A DNA stretch of 64,000 bases from NCBI RefSeq assembly GCF_009914755.1, contig NC_060926.1; one strand, written 5' to 3'. Positions 38,150-52,040 of this stretch are shown here, one piece after another; within the stretch, counting starts at the first letter, position 1; the number at the start of each line of letters is the position of its first letter. Source of the DNA: the human T2T-CHM13v2.0 reference genome, Homo sapiens. A program made the position numbers and the translations under genes. The notes below the pieces were generated by a model that saw nothing but the letters and a program-made list of their open reading frames with translations, was not told the DNA's origin and did no database searches.

Positions 38150-41100
38150 CAATTGTACTGTGGTACAATTAATAACTGATGAGCCAATATCAACACAAAA
38201 TTATTAAACAAAACCCATAGTTTACATTAGGGTTTACTCTGTGTTATATATTCTATGGGACTTAACATACATAAATTGATATGTTCCACCATTATATTAT
38301 CATTGAGAACTATTTTGCTGTCCCCCAAATACCCTGTGCTCTGCCTATTCATCCCATACCTCCATCTCCCAACCCCCAGGCAACAGGGATAGTTTTCTTG
38401 TCTCCATAGTTTTGCCATTTCCAGAATGGCATATAGTTGGGATCATATAGTATGTAGCCTTTTCAGATTGGCTTCTTTCATTTAGCAATATGCATTTAAG
38501 GTTCCTCTGTGTCTTTTCATGGATTGATAGCTCATTTCTTTATATCACTGAATAATATTCCATTATATGAATGTACCACAGTTTGTTTCTCCATTCACCC
38601 ACTGACAAACATGGTTGCTTCCATGTTCTGGCAATTATAAACAAGCTGCTATACACATCTGTGTGAAGGTTTTAGTGTGGAAGTAAGTTTTCAACTCATT
38701 TGGAAAAATTCCTAGGCATACACCTGCTAGATTATATAGTAAGACTATGTTTCATTTTATAAAAAACTGTCAAACTGTCCTCAAAGCTGGCTGTACCATT
38801 TTCCATTCCCACTAGCAATGAATGAGAATTCCTGATGCTGCACATTCTCTCCAGCATTTGGTGTGGTTCGTGTTCTGGATTTCCTTGATGACATAGGATG
38901 ATGAGCATCTTTCTTTTTTTTCTTTTTTTGAGACAGGGTCTCACTCTGTCTCCCAGGCTGGACTGCAGGGATACGATCGTGGCTCACTACTGCCTCAGGT
39001 TCCCGGGATCAAGAGATCCTCCCACTTCACGCTCTAGAGTAGCTGGGACCACAGGCACATGCAAACATGTCTGGTTAATTTTTTAATTTTTTTTGTAGAT
39101 GGTGTCTCACTAAGTTGCCCAGGGTGGTTTCAAACTCCTGGAATCAAGTGATCTTCCTGCTTTGGCCTCCCAACGTGCTGGCATTACAGGCATGAGCCAC
39201 CATGGCTGGCCTTGTTTTCTTGTTTAATTTTAAGACGTCATTGTATATTTAGAACAGCAGTCCTTTATCAGATATGTGATTTGCAAAGATTTCTCTCAGT
39301 CTGTAGCTAGTCTTTTCATTCTCCTATTGTCCTTAATTTGTATCCACCTAAATACTGAGACTTAATCAATATTTTTTCTCTCAACATTATATAAGTGGAA
39401 ATAAGCCATATGTATAATTTTCTTTCTCGCTTCTTTCATTTAACATTGTACTTGTGAAATTCATGAATGCTATTGTATATAGCTATACTTTGGTTATTTT
39501 CATGCTCTCTAGTATCCAATGTTTGAGTTTAACCCAGATTATCTATTTTACTACTGATGGACATTTAAGTCATTTCTCATTTTAAAATCCAACAATGCTG
39601 GAAAGATATTCTTGCATGTTTATTATGGTGTATTATGGCAAATTACTGAAGAGAATATAGTTAGAGAAAAGTTGATCCATGGGGATCTTTAAATTTATAA
39701 GATATTACACTTTTTCAAAGTGTCTTATCAATTTAAACTTATTCCCTTCGTAGTGTATCAGAGTTTCTATTGCTCCATATCTTTATCAACATTAGTACTG
39801 TTAATTCTTGAATAATGTTACCTCATTTGGTTCTAATTTGCATTTTACCAATATACTAAGAAGACTGAACACCTTTCACATGTTTTCCCAGCCAGGTGGA
39901 TTCCTTCTTTGGTAAACTGTTTGTCTTTTGCTCATTTTTTCTCTTTTGAGATGTCTATCTTTAATGTAATGATTTGGTAGGAATTCTTCATATATTCCAA
40001 ATTAGTTCGTGCTGTTATATACAAATACCATTTTTCACTAAGTGGCATATTTTCCTACTCTTTTGTGAGGTTTTTTTCTTATAATTTTATTGTAGTTTGA
40101 TGTTTTGTGTCTGAATCTTTTCCTTTATGGATAGTGCTTTTAGTTTTCAGTTAAGAACTCCTTCCATATCCTGAATCATAAAGATATTTCTCATATTATC
40201 TTCTAAAAGATTTATGGTTTTGGCTTTCACATTTTCATATTTTATCCACCTGAAATTCAATCTTTGGTGTATATTTTCCTCCATCATGACAGTCAGCTGT
40301 CCCATTGCTATTCATTCAAGTCTGTCTTCTATCCAATGACCTCCTATGCCACCGACCTCCTATGCCACCTAATATATATCCCAAGGATCCATATATGTGT
40401 GAGACTGTTTGAAGGTCCATTATCTATCCAATGACCATATCAGAGGATCTTAATATGATTTTTCAATTGTCTTGATATCCAAATACATTATTCTCAGTCT
40501 TAAGGAATCTCTCACTTGCTCTTGGCTTTTGTACTAGTTTGAAATATTATAATTAGGTTGTAAGGTACCCATCTTCCCTATAATAAAACTATTGAAATTT
40601 TGATTGACACTAAATTAAATCTATAGGTCAATTTTGAAAGTGCTGATATCACTGTAATAATAACTCTTCCAAACAATGAACATGGTTCATTTTTACCTAG
40701 GTCTTCTTTAACCCATTTTAATTTCTGAATGACATTTTAGAATTTCTCCACAGGGGTCCTGACTATCTTGAATACGTTTTGGAGGACTGCTTTTATTAGT
40801 TTAAGGAATTCTCTCCAGTTTCTAATTTACTAAGAAATTTTACCATAAGTTTATTGTGCATTTTATTAATTGCTTTTCTGTATCTACTGAAATGACTATA
40901 TATTTTTTGTTTTTTAACCTGCAATTAAGTGCATTATATTAATACACTTTGTAATATTGAACTAAGCTAGCATTTGCTACTAGAAACTCAACCAAATATA
41001 TTAATATTTGTTGTAAATGGCTGGATTCTGTTTTTAATATTTTAAGATTCCTGATTTATATTTATAAATAAGTCTGATCTATATTTATGCATTTACAAGT

Positions 41101-41320
41101 TCTTATACTACCCTCATCTGGTTTCATTATCAAGATCATGTATGCATTATAAAAGGAGTTGCTACAGAAGAAGCAGGATTGAGAAAAGAAAAAAACATAA
41201 AAACGCAAAAAAAATTAAGATGAATTGGCATTTCCTTGTGTCTATTCTCTGAGTATTTATGTAAGAACAAAATTGAAGATAAAACTGCCTAGATAGGAGA
41301 TTTCTTTGATGGAAGAATTT
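38150..41320 (-). mobile_element. Ancient L1 (L1MC/L1ME-type) fragments with an AluJ at 38908-39211
   Basis: Degenerate L1 3' UTR and ORF2 motifs; reverse AluJ with T-tail. Confidence 0.7.
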
Positions 41321-42530
41321 TGACTGTTTTTTCTTCTACTTCTGGTTCACCTTTATCCTGAAAGGAATAGCCCTTTCCAGCTTAATGGGGGAAGGGCAGC
41401 AGATTAGACTCTCCATCTTGAATAGGCCCAAGAGGCTGTGAAAATCCAAGTTTGAGTTATGAACTCTGGACTAAGAAGTTACCTCAACGAAAAGGCAGCT
41501 TGAGTGTTTAACCTATCTATCTACTTATTTCCCTTCGATTTAGCTGAGTAATTCCTTACTATCCTTATTAAGTACTTTAAGACTTAAATGAATATCTTAT
41601 ATATAAAATACAGCATTTCCAATTGTTTCTGGCTGAGGGATTGGTATTAATAACCTAGTCTTCTACATTCCTAAAATCATAAATATTACTTTGTAAATTT
41701 TTCTTCCAGCCCATAATTTGTATTTGCTAAAGAACGGCCATTCTATTTGTTTATTGTTGTCTCCCATGTGATATAATTGGTTTTCTTCAAATATTTTATG
41801 ACTCTTGGCTATTTGTTCATATTTTGGACTGAAGGACTAGGTTGATTAGTATAGTTGAATCTTAAAAATATCTTTTCAGTATTATCATATTATCATTAAC
41901 AATCATATTAGCAGATCTTTTAATATTGAACCATTCCTGAAATGAACTCTCCTTTATACTAGGCATATTAAATCTTTTAATATATTGCTAAATTTACTAA
42001 GTGAAGTAGATTATGTAAGATCTTATGTTTTGAAATCAGCACTGAGAATGTTGCACATATTAATACATGAAATATTGAATCTTTCAAAATGTTTCAATTT
42101 ATACTAATAATTTAATCAGAAAAAGTAAAGAGTAATTTTAAACAGCCATATATAATGCTAGAAAATATAGACACATTTGATAAATAATGTAGTCACATAG
42201 CCAGAGTGTTTTTGAGATTTGATTTGATGTTTGGGTTGTTCTTATTTTGTTTGCTGGGTACTACTAATAAAATAAATAGTGTCATGAAATACAGTGAGCA
42301 TTTGTGGTACCAACACTCTGTCTCTTAACGTATAAAATGGTTCAATGAGTAAATCTGTGTTAATACTGAGTTGTTTCTTAATAACTTTGTCAAGATATAA
42401 TTCCCATACCATATAACTCACCCATTTAAAGTACATAATTGAATAGTTTTTAATTGTTTGTATATTCACAGGTATCTGCAACCCTTATCATAGTCAAACT
42501 TTGGAAATTTTCTTTACTTTAAAATGAAAC

Positions 42531-42594
42531 CTATGTAACAAACCTGCACATCCTGCACATGTACCCCAGAACTAAAAATTAAAATTAAAATAAT
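42531..42594 (+). mobile_element. Very short 5'-truncated L1PA 3' tip
   Basis: ctatgtaacaaacctgcacatcctgcacatgtaccccagaact plus A-rich tail; TSD aaaatgaaac at 42521-42530 and 42595-42604, at a TTT/AAAA endonuclease site. Confidence 0.88.
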
Positions 42595-43165
42595 AAAATG
42601 AAACTCCATACATACCCTTTAGCTATCACCTCTTTAATCCCTAAGCAACCACTAGTCTACTTTTTACCTCTACAGATCAATGCTGAACTAATGATTTTTT
42701 AAAAAGAAGGTATTTTGTCATTTATTCTTCAGTTAAAAAGAATATACAATAGATCTACAAAGAAAAACTCCCTTAAGATTAATGTTCTCCACAGATCTAC
42801 ACTTTGAAAAGAATCAGCACACTTGAAAAGTGTCCTGCTCTTAATAGTATCAAATAAAATTTCATGCTGAAGAAGAGAGGGTGCATTTTTGTACTGCGAG
42901 ATTTAGAGATCTGTTACATTCCCAAATGTATCAGGAACACAAAAAAACATTGCTTTAGAAAAAAAAAAAAAAGACAGTGCATGGAATAAATCTGATTTCT
43001 AAAGGAAAGATAACTTTTTTCAGGAAACAAAATAAAATTAGAGAATTCAGTGAAATGGATAGATATAAAATAAACAAAATCAGAAACTTTTCACCCACAG
43101 AATGACAGTAATACTAGTTAATAAATATGATGGGGGAAAAAAAAACCTTCCACAAAATATTACCC

Positions 43166-43196
<31 letters not shown>

Positions 43197-43498
43197 CACA
43201 CCTAAAAACAGTACTTTGATGGGAAGTATTATTAAATATTTTACCAAAAGACATGAAAGGCAAATAAGTAACAAAAATACATATCTTCTTTGGTGAAAAA
43301 TACCAGAGCCTGAAATGTGTCAATTAATCTACAGATTTACTGCACAACCAAATTATATCTCAATTTTTAGGGGTGTGGACTAGAGGTGGAAGAGTTGTAA
43401 CAAAGTGATTCTCAAGTTGACTGGAAGAATAATAAGGGGATAAATAGCATATTTTAAAAAGACGATTTAAGAGGATACACATATCTTATAAAAAATTA

Positions 43499-43833
<335 letters not shown>

Positions 43834-43981
43834 TTAAGCCACACAATGTCAGATACAATAATCACAATGTTGTATTGATTCAAGGAGCGAGAATTCAAAT
43901 CATATGACCTAGAAATAAACCTGAGTGTATACATAATATAATATATAAAAGGTAGCCTTCAAAATATGTAGGGAAAGGAGA

Positions 43982-44374
43982 GATGGACAGACTGTTGTTT
44001 CTGCCCCCAAAACTCACCTATTAATGCCCTGTCTCCCAGTATGGCTATATTTGGAGATGGGGCCTTTGGGAGGTAATTAACATCAAATGAAGTGATACAG
44101 GTGAGGCCCTAATCCAGTGGGATTGTTCTCCTTATAAAAAGAGAAGGAGAGAGCAATCCTTCTTCAGCAGGCATACACTGAGGAAAGGTCAAGTGAGGAC
44201 AGAGTGAGAAGGCAGCCTTCTGTAAGCCAGGGAGAGAACCCTCACCAGTAGCTGACCATGTGGACACCTTAATCTCTGACTTCCATTCTCTAGTACTATA
44301 AGAAAATAAATTTCTGTCATTTAAACCACCCAGTCTATGATATTTCCTTACAGTAGCCTGAGCCCACTAAGACA
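43982..44374 (+). mobile_element. MLT1A-type MaLR solo LTR
   Basis: Contains atttggagatggggcctttgggaggtaatt...aataaatttctg...tagcctgagcccactaagaca. Confidence 0.82.
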
Positions 44375-44732
44375 GTAGATTATCACAATGATGTTATTGG
44401 AAGTGATGAGTCATTTTCAAAATAATTAAAGAGAGTCCAATCTCATACCCTATGCTAAAATAAATTTTTTATGGTTGTAGAAAAAGGAACTACAGAAATA
44501 CTAAAATCAAATAAAGATAAACACATATGCTTTGTAATGAAGAACACATAAATTATAAAGTAAATATCAATAAAATTAACTACTCAAAAACGTTAAAACT
44601 TTTTGAAGCTGCAGAAAAGGTAAGAGACATTAAATTAAGAAAAAATATTTACAACATATTGTCAGATGAGGTTAATATTAACAGCTAATGTCCATGTTTT
44701 AATAATATATAGTAAAATATTTAAAAACATGA

Positions 44733-45146
<414 letters not shown>

Positions 45147-47327
45147 TAATATCAGTATTATTTTTTAAAAGCATAATAAAATAAGATACAATTTCTGAAA
45201 TTAGAAATTATTTTCTGTTTTTAAACATAACTTTCTGTGGAATAAAAAGAATAGGGAAATAGGCATTCTAGTAGATGCTGCTCAGAGTGTTAAATAGTTC
45301 AATAGTTTGGGAGAGCAAATGAGCAATACCTAGAACCTAAGAAATGTCCAAATACTTTTACTCACTATTTTCATTTCTTAAGAACTTGCTCTAAGTCCTT
45401 ACACATAACCATGTGTAAGGACATGGTTATAACAGTATTTACTGCAATGCTTTTAATAGCTAGAAAAAAAACAAAACCAAAAACTTTCTTAAAAGCCCAA
45501 AATATCAAATGAATCAATTAAAAATAATAATATAATCCTACAATGCAATATTATATATATTAAAATTAAATCATATTCATCAGACATTAAATGAAAAACA
45601 CAGCATGTTCCTACTTAAAACCCATTATATATTGTATAGTTTATTTATATATTAAAAAAGGGACTTTACATTTATATATCAGAAAGCTAATAATAACCAT
45701 GCAAGGGATGATGACTAAAATGTTCTTAATAATCAAAATTTCTATTCTAATATAGAAACATATTTTTATAATGTTTATATGTTAGAACATACAACTCAAT
45801 GGGGAAAAAGTAAGGCACTCAAAAAATGATCCGAAGACAATGGGTGCACTACCACTACAAAAAAAATGAGATCCTTAATCATACTATAAATGAGAGTAAA
45901 CAACAGGTGGTTGTAAACATATAAATGTGTAAAAATCTAATTATAAAATAGTTAAGCAACTTTTTAAAAATCTCAGAACACACAAAAACATGTAAAAAAC
46001 ATTTCAAGTTTGCCAGATTTTATTATAACAGAAGAATAAAATGATAAAAATGTCAGATCAAGTCCTTGGTTACATACGTAAAATGAGAGAAAATTAAACT
46101 TAAGTATTATCAGATATATAAATATTTAAAAGTTCTGTATACTATAACAAAAACCATAAGCAAAAATAAAAGGAAAGAAATATTTGCAACATATTCAATA
46201 ATGACATATCCTCTTTGGATCAAACCCACATACATATTAACCAATCTCCTAGAACTTGCTGCTTAGATGGCACAAAGGCATCACAAAGTAATCATTTCGA
46301 ATGTAAACTCATCATCTCCCCGCTCCAAACTATCAAAACTGCTAACACTATCATCCAAGAAAGGAAACCATTCACCTAAGCATTTCCTTGATAGTTCTTT
46401 TCCTTTTACCTCTTATATCTAATCCATCAGAAAGTACAATTAATCTTACTTCCTAAAAATCTCTTGAATTCAACCATATCTCTCAATACTTACTATCACT
46501 CCTTGACCCAAACTATCATTATCACTTGCCTGGAATACTAGACTAGCCTAGTAATTGTTTTTGAATTCATTCTTACCCCTCATCCACTATCCACACTTAA
46601 GCCAAAACAATCTTTCAAAATGAAAATCTGATCATCTTACTCCATGTTATCCCACCTTCACCTTGAACACATCTATACGTAACACATTCCATTCAGCCCA
46701 CTGTTTAAAAGGTCAAGTAGATTCTAAATAACATGGCATCTACCTACTTCTCTTTTCTTACTTCACCCTATGTTCTATCCACTCTGGACTTCTTTCAGGT
46801 CTCTGAGAGGGCTATGTTCCCTTAAAATAGGTTTTTACACACAGTATTTACTCTGTCTGGAACACCTGCTGATTAATTAGAAAAGAGAGTTCATGGGTCA
46901 TGGATGATTTTTAAGTTTCTAGCTAGCACAACTAGATGGATACTACAGTCACTTAAAGAAATTGTTTTAATGCTAAATTATCTTCCGTCATTGACTCCTC
47001 ACTATTATTCCTCAAACACTTTGAGATAAGAGCCCTTGCACTACTGTTCTTTAGGACTAAAATGATCATTTAATTGGTCTTCTTTGCATAAATGGTGACT
47101 CATTGATATTCTAATCTCAGAGTGCCACTTCAAAAGCAAACACCCTGTTTCCTAATCTGTCATTCTATTTTCATTGTCTGCATTGCATGATCACTGTCTG
47201 ACATTCTTGTTACATGTTTATTGGATATCTCTTCCAATCAAAATATAACTCTCTGAGAGCAAAGACTATCTATCTTGTTCATTGTCATATTCCCACTGCC
47301 AAAGCATAATCAATCTTTAAGAAACAC

Positions 47328-47419
47328 GGAAGGAAGGAAGGAAGGAAGGAAGGAAGGAAGGAAGGAAGGAAGGAAGGAAGGAAGGAAAGAAGGAAGGAAG
47401 GAAGGAAGGAAAGAAGGAA
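47328..47419. repeat. (GGAA)15 AGAA (GGAA)5 AGAA GGAA microsatellite
   Basis: Read directly from the sequence. Confidence 0.98.
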
Positions 47420-47619
47420 GGGAATTCAGAGCCAGCATTCTATAACTGAAATAAAGTGGATTATCACCAAAAATATATGCCACATTAAAATATATCAATA
47501 GATCATGGGAACAGAACATTGGGCAGCTTAATATGTTATGAACTTTTTTTTTCAAAAGGTAACAGTAGAACTGTGAACTCCAAATCAGTGTTTATAATAT
47601 TAACAGGCACTATAGAAGG

Positions 47620-47890
47620 CAAAATGGTATAGTGGCTAAGAACATGGGCTCTAGAGTCAGACCATCTGGGTTTCAATCCGACTTCTACTTCTTATTGTAT
47701 GGCATTAGGCTGGTTACCTAACCTCTCTCAGGTTCAATTTCCCAGACTATAAGGTAAATATAATAATAATAATAATACCTACCTTTCTAGGGTTGTATTG
47801 AGGATGAAATAAGAGAATATGTATGAAGTAAACAGAACAACGTCTGACACATAGAGAGAATAATCAATAGATATTAGCTGCTATTTTCTT
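47620..47890 (+). mobile_element. MIR
   Basis: gtatagtggctaagaacatgggctctagagtcagac...acctaacctctct...agggttgtattgaggat. Confidence 0.8.
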
Positions 47891-48092
47891 ATTGCAAAGG
47901 GCTTCTATAAAAGTGAGCTCAGTGGTAGAAAATGTGATAATTTGAAGCAGCTACTTCTATGTCTTTGAAGGACATCTATAGCTCCAAGTGAGTGATTCCA
48001 AAGACATACATATGTTGATTTTAAAGCAGTAAAACACTGAATATATAGATAATCAGCTCTAAATAACAACTTCCCTTGGGCTTCTTACATAC

Positions 48093-48213
48093 CGAGTGGG
48101 TACGGAGTGCTGCGATGGTTTTTGAAAGTGCCATTTCCCACAGTTCATCAATGTAGGCTCTATTTACTAAGCCCTGGGTTGTATGTAAAATGTGATCTTC
48201 AACCACAAAAAAG
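48093..48213 (-). CDS. EXOC6B: EXOC6B coding exon (probably exon 11), 121 nt: (G)FFVVEDHILHTTQGLVNRAYIDELWEMALSKTIAALRTHS
   Basis: Acceptor tcctcaatcttag|C and donor TCG|gtatgt; FFVVEDH is a typical Sec15 motif; overlaps ORF 48021..48239. Confidence 0.96.
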
Positions 48214-49042
48214 CTAAGATTGAGGAAAAAAGAAAGCACAGCTGTCAGAAATTACAGTTTTATTACTCTCTCTGGGGTTTGACAAGCATTAAGAGATACC
48301 ATCAAATGCAAAGTTAGTGGTCATTTTTTTCTTGAAGAAACTTATTCAGTAGAATAAATGAAATCAGACTACTTGGACCAAAAATTATGTCTGTGATCAT
48401 GACATCTTCATAACCACTCCTAGAGAGATCAGAGTTACATTTCTATTAAATTTCTATTAAATGTTAACAATGCTATCCAGTAGTTTAAAAGAGAGGAAAA
48501 TGTGTAGAGGTAATGGAGGCAAATTTTGTTATATTAAGAAAATACCCAGCCATCAATACATTTCAAAAAAACAAATTTTAAAGAGATCATAAAAGCTAAT
48601 ATATACATCATATATATATATAATGTATTCTCTATATATTTTAAGAATCCAATGCACAAAATATCAAAATAATTCCCATCATGTGGACTCTATCATCAAA
48701 GTCTTGAAAAGGCATCATACAAAGGTTTCAAAAATGTGAAGTTACGTTTGAACAATCTTGTGGCTTTTTGTTATTATGCATTTAAAATGTAGCCTGCATT
48801 GTCTTGCCTAAATATTCATATTAATGAAAAAAGTCTTTATTAGGGAATTTTTATGATATATTTTAATAACTACTAATTACATTGAAACAATTTAAATCTG
48901 AAAAAAATAAACCTGATGAAGAATCCAAGTTATTTCCTTTTCTTTTAACTGCAAAGTCATTATTTTGCAATTAGAACAAGCTGCCAGTATTGGGATGTTT
49001 ATTTGGGAAATGTAATTCCGTACCACTATATACACCCTAGAT

Positions 49043-49266
49043 GAGGGTGGCAAACTATATAGCCTATGGGATAAACCTAGCCCACTGCCTGTTTTTATAA
49101 AGATTGTTTTATTGGAACATAGCCATGCTCATCATTTACGTATCATCTATAGCTACTTTTGCACTATAACAACAGAGCTAAGCAGTTGTGAAAGAGACCA
49201 TATGGCCTACTAAGCCTAAAATATTTTACTATCTGGCCCTTTTGGAAAAAGTTTGCCAACTTTTGC
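49043..49266. mobile_element. MER58A (hAT-Charlie MITE)
   Basis: TIR-like ends ggtggcaaact / agtttgccaac; internal ttttattggaacatagccatgc. Confidence 0.82.
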
Positions 49267-49537
49267 TGATTATTTGGTTCCATTTACCAAAAACAAAGAA
49301 ACAAAACATCAAGTGTAATAAGATTACAATTCAATGTTTTTCTCACTTTATCCACAAAAATGCCCTCCAGCAATATAAAGTTGAAACCAGCAGGGTGTTC
49401 CTTTTAAATCATTAGAAAATCAAAAACAAATCTTGTCTTAAGGATTAAAAAAAAGAAAATGAAAAGAATTTCCTAAGGAAAACCTGATTTATTTTTCCAA
49501 CATTCACAACTCTATGTATGGAAAGAGTATAAATTTC

Positions 49538-49558
49538 AATAAATAAATAAATAAATAA

Positions 49559-49589
<31 letters not shown>
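49538..49589. repeat. (AATA)n(TA)n compound microsatellite abutting the exon 10 donor
   Basis: Read directly from the sequence. Confidence 0.97.
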
Positions 49590-49594
49590 CCTAC

Positions 49595-49641
49595 CCTACA
49601 ATTTGATTAAAATACTTCCTGTAGCCATCTAAAGTTTCATG
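49595..49641 (-). CDS. EXOC6B: EXOC6B coding exon (probably exon 10), 47 nt, phase 0-2: HETLDGYRKYFNQIV(G)
   Basis: Acceptor ctttgttgcag|CAT and donor AGG|gtaggt; phase fits the next exon. Confidence 0.93.
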
Positions 49642-49901
49642 CTGCAACAAAGCAAAGAAGAAAAAGTTATTGTTTCTGTTTTGTTACATTAAGACTAAGT
49701 TAAAATCAGTCACTTAATCTCTTAAGGCTCAGCTCCCTAGATGATATCTGATAAGGTAAAAATAATAATATTATCTACCAATGAAGAGGAAATATGACAG
49801 CACATATCTAGTACTTAGAACAGTGCCAGACACACAGCAATCAATAAATGTTTTCTTACTGCAAGTCACATCCACCAAAAGTGGTCTCAGAATGACAGTA
49901 A

Positions 49902-49939
49902 ACACACACACACAGACACACACACACACACACACACAC
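49902..49939. repeat. (CA)n microsatellite, (UG)n in the pre-mRNA
   Basis: About 19 units with one GA interruption. Confidence 0.97.
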
Positions 49940-50001
49940 GCATCAAAAGACATCAAGGAGGAAAAGTAAAAATGTGAGAAAAGTGAAGATGGTAATCCTA
50001 C

Positions 50002-50085
50002 CATGTTAGATGGAGGTTGAAGTACCAAACGAGCCTGTTTTCGCCTCTGTTTTCGGTAGTAATTCTCAAATGTTTCCCGGGCACC
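50002..50085 (-). CDS. EXOC6B: EXOC6B coding exon (probably exon 9), 84 nt, phase 0-0: GARETFENYYRKQRRKQARLVLQPPSNM
   Basis: Acceptor tttctttatttacag|GGT and donor ATG|gtagga; open frame. Confidence 0.95.
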
Positions 50086-50696
50086 CTGTAAATAAAGAAA
50101 AGAAAATGGGTTGACACAATTGGACCAATTACTCTTTTATTTCAAGGGAAAAGAGAAGGTCCCAGGTCTGGAATTTGAGGTAGTATCACATTTCTCAAAA
50201 TCTGCTATTTTAACATTGATGATAACAATAGAAAATACAAATAACTATTACCATGTATTGAACCTTAGTTACAAACCTGTAAGGATGTGTACAAAATATC
50301 CTTACAAGGAACCTACCAGAACTTAATCACCAGCACACCAAAGCTGGTTTCTGAATCAACTGTCTCAAATTCACAAGAATGCAGGGAAACCAACCTTTCC
50401 ATAAGTTATGATAACAGGTAAGAAAATGCTCCTTAAAAAACTCACAGAACATTCCAGAAGAAAAACATCAAGAATAAAAATGAATCATGAACAAAGGGGC
50501 AATGGGAAGCAGGAAAAAAGCAGGAATTGAGAACAGTAAATTAGTATTCCCCCTTAGGTTATAATCCAGCACAGGATTAAACCCAAAAAACAAAAACAAA
50601 AGCATGAAGATTCCTGGTGCACAGCCCCACTTTTCGTTTAGGGTTTCTGGGCTTAAAATGAGAAGTGCTCTACATAATAATATCTGACTCATGAGC

Positions 50697-51149
50697 TGTG
50701 TACTGGGTTGAATAGTGGTTTCTCCAAATTCATGTCCTTCGTGGAACTTCAGAATGCAACCATATTTGGAAATAGGGCCATTGTGATGTAATTGGTTAAA
50801 TTAAGATGTGATCCTATCAGTGGAGGGTGGGACCTTAATAGAGTATGTCTGGTGTCCTGAAAGCCGAAAAGAATAGACACAGAGACACATGGGGAGAACA
50901 CCACGTGATGACAGAGGCAGAGAATAGAGTGATGCAGCTGCAAGCCAGGGAACATCAGAGATTGTTGATCACCAGCAGGCACTAGAAAAACACAACAAAA
51001 GATTCTACCCAGTCTCAGAGAGAAAATGGCCCTTATCATGCCTTGAGTTTGGAATTCTAGCCTCCAAAACTGGGATAGAATACATTTCTGTTGTTTTAAA
51101 CCACTCAGTTTATGGGGCCTTGTTACAGCAGCTCTAGGAAATGAATACA
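50697..51149 (+). mobile_element. MLT1B/C-type MaLR solo LTR
   Basis: tactgggttgaatagtg...atttggaaatagggcc...gttacagcagctctaggaaatgaataca. Confidence 0.85.
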
Positions 51150-51190
51150 AACTCAGTGTGTTTAGATTATCACACCCCACTTATTACTGA

Positions 51191-51500
<310 letters not shown>

Positions 51501-52040
51501 TGAATTCTACTCTTAATCCAAAGCTTTTCTAAATAAATAAGAGTAAAAATGAAAAGAGAGAATACCAGTGGTAAAGAGAACTGACTTTGGAACCAGAGAC
51601 TATTATTACATTTGAATAGTGACTCTGCCCCTTACTAGCTGTACAACTGCTATAAATAGCACTATAACTTCCTACCACTAATTTAAGTTCCACTATTTAA
51701 CTTTCACTAATAAGTGTGCCATGGTTTTCTCATTTGTAGAGATGCCAACATCATATGGTTGTAATGAGGATTTAGAGGAGTTATAAAGCTCTTAGAACAG
51801 TATCTCATGCAAGCGCTTATTTTAAAAATAAATAAGATAAAATCAATGATTAAAGTAAAAGCCCTGCCCACCTAAAAAAAGTATAAATGCCACGCAATAC
51901 CTAGTTTAGTTTTCCTCTGCCTTCCTGAAAAATTGAAGAACTTTATTCAAGATGATTTATTTGTTAGATTCCCAAACTGGTCCTAAAAAATTGGGAAAGT
52001 CGACTTAAGGTACTAGTCATGGAAAGACACTAATGTAGCT

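Noticed and set aside
43168-43196. Orphan A29 tract, and A21 near 59110, as solo poly(A) retroinsertions
   Set aside because: No TSD is visible; slippage expansion in A-rich sequence explains them.
50749-51180. 143-aa minus-strand ORF upstream of exon 9
   Set aside because: Lies almost entirely within an MLT1 LTR and has no Sec15 similarity.
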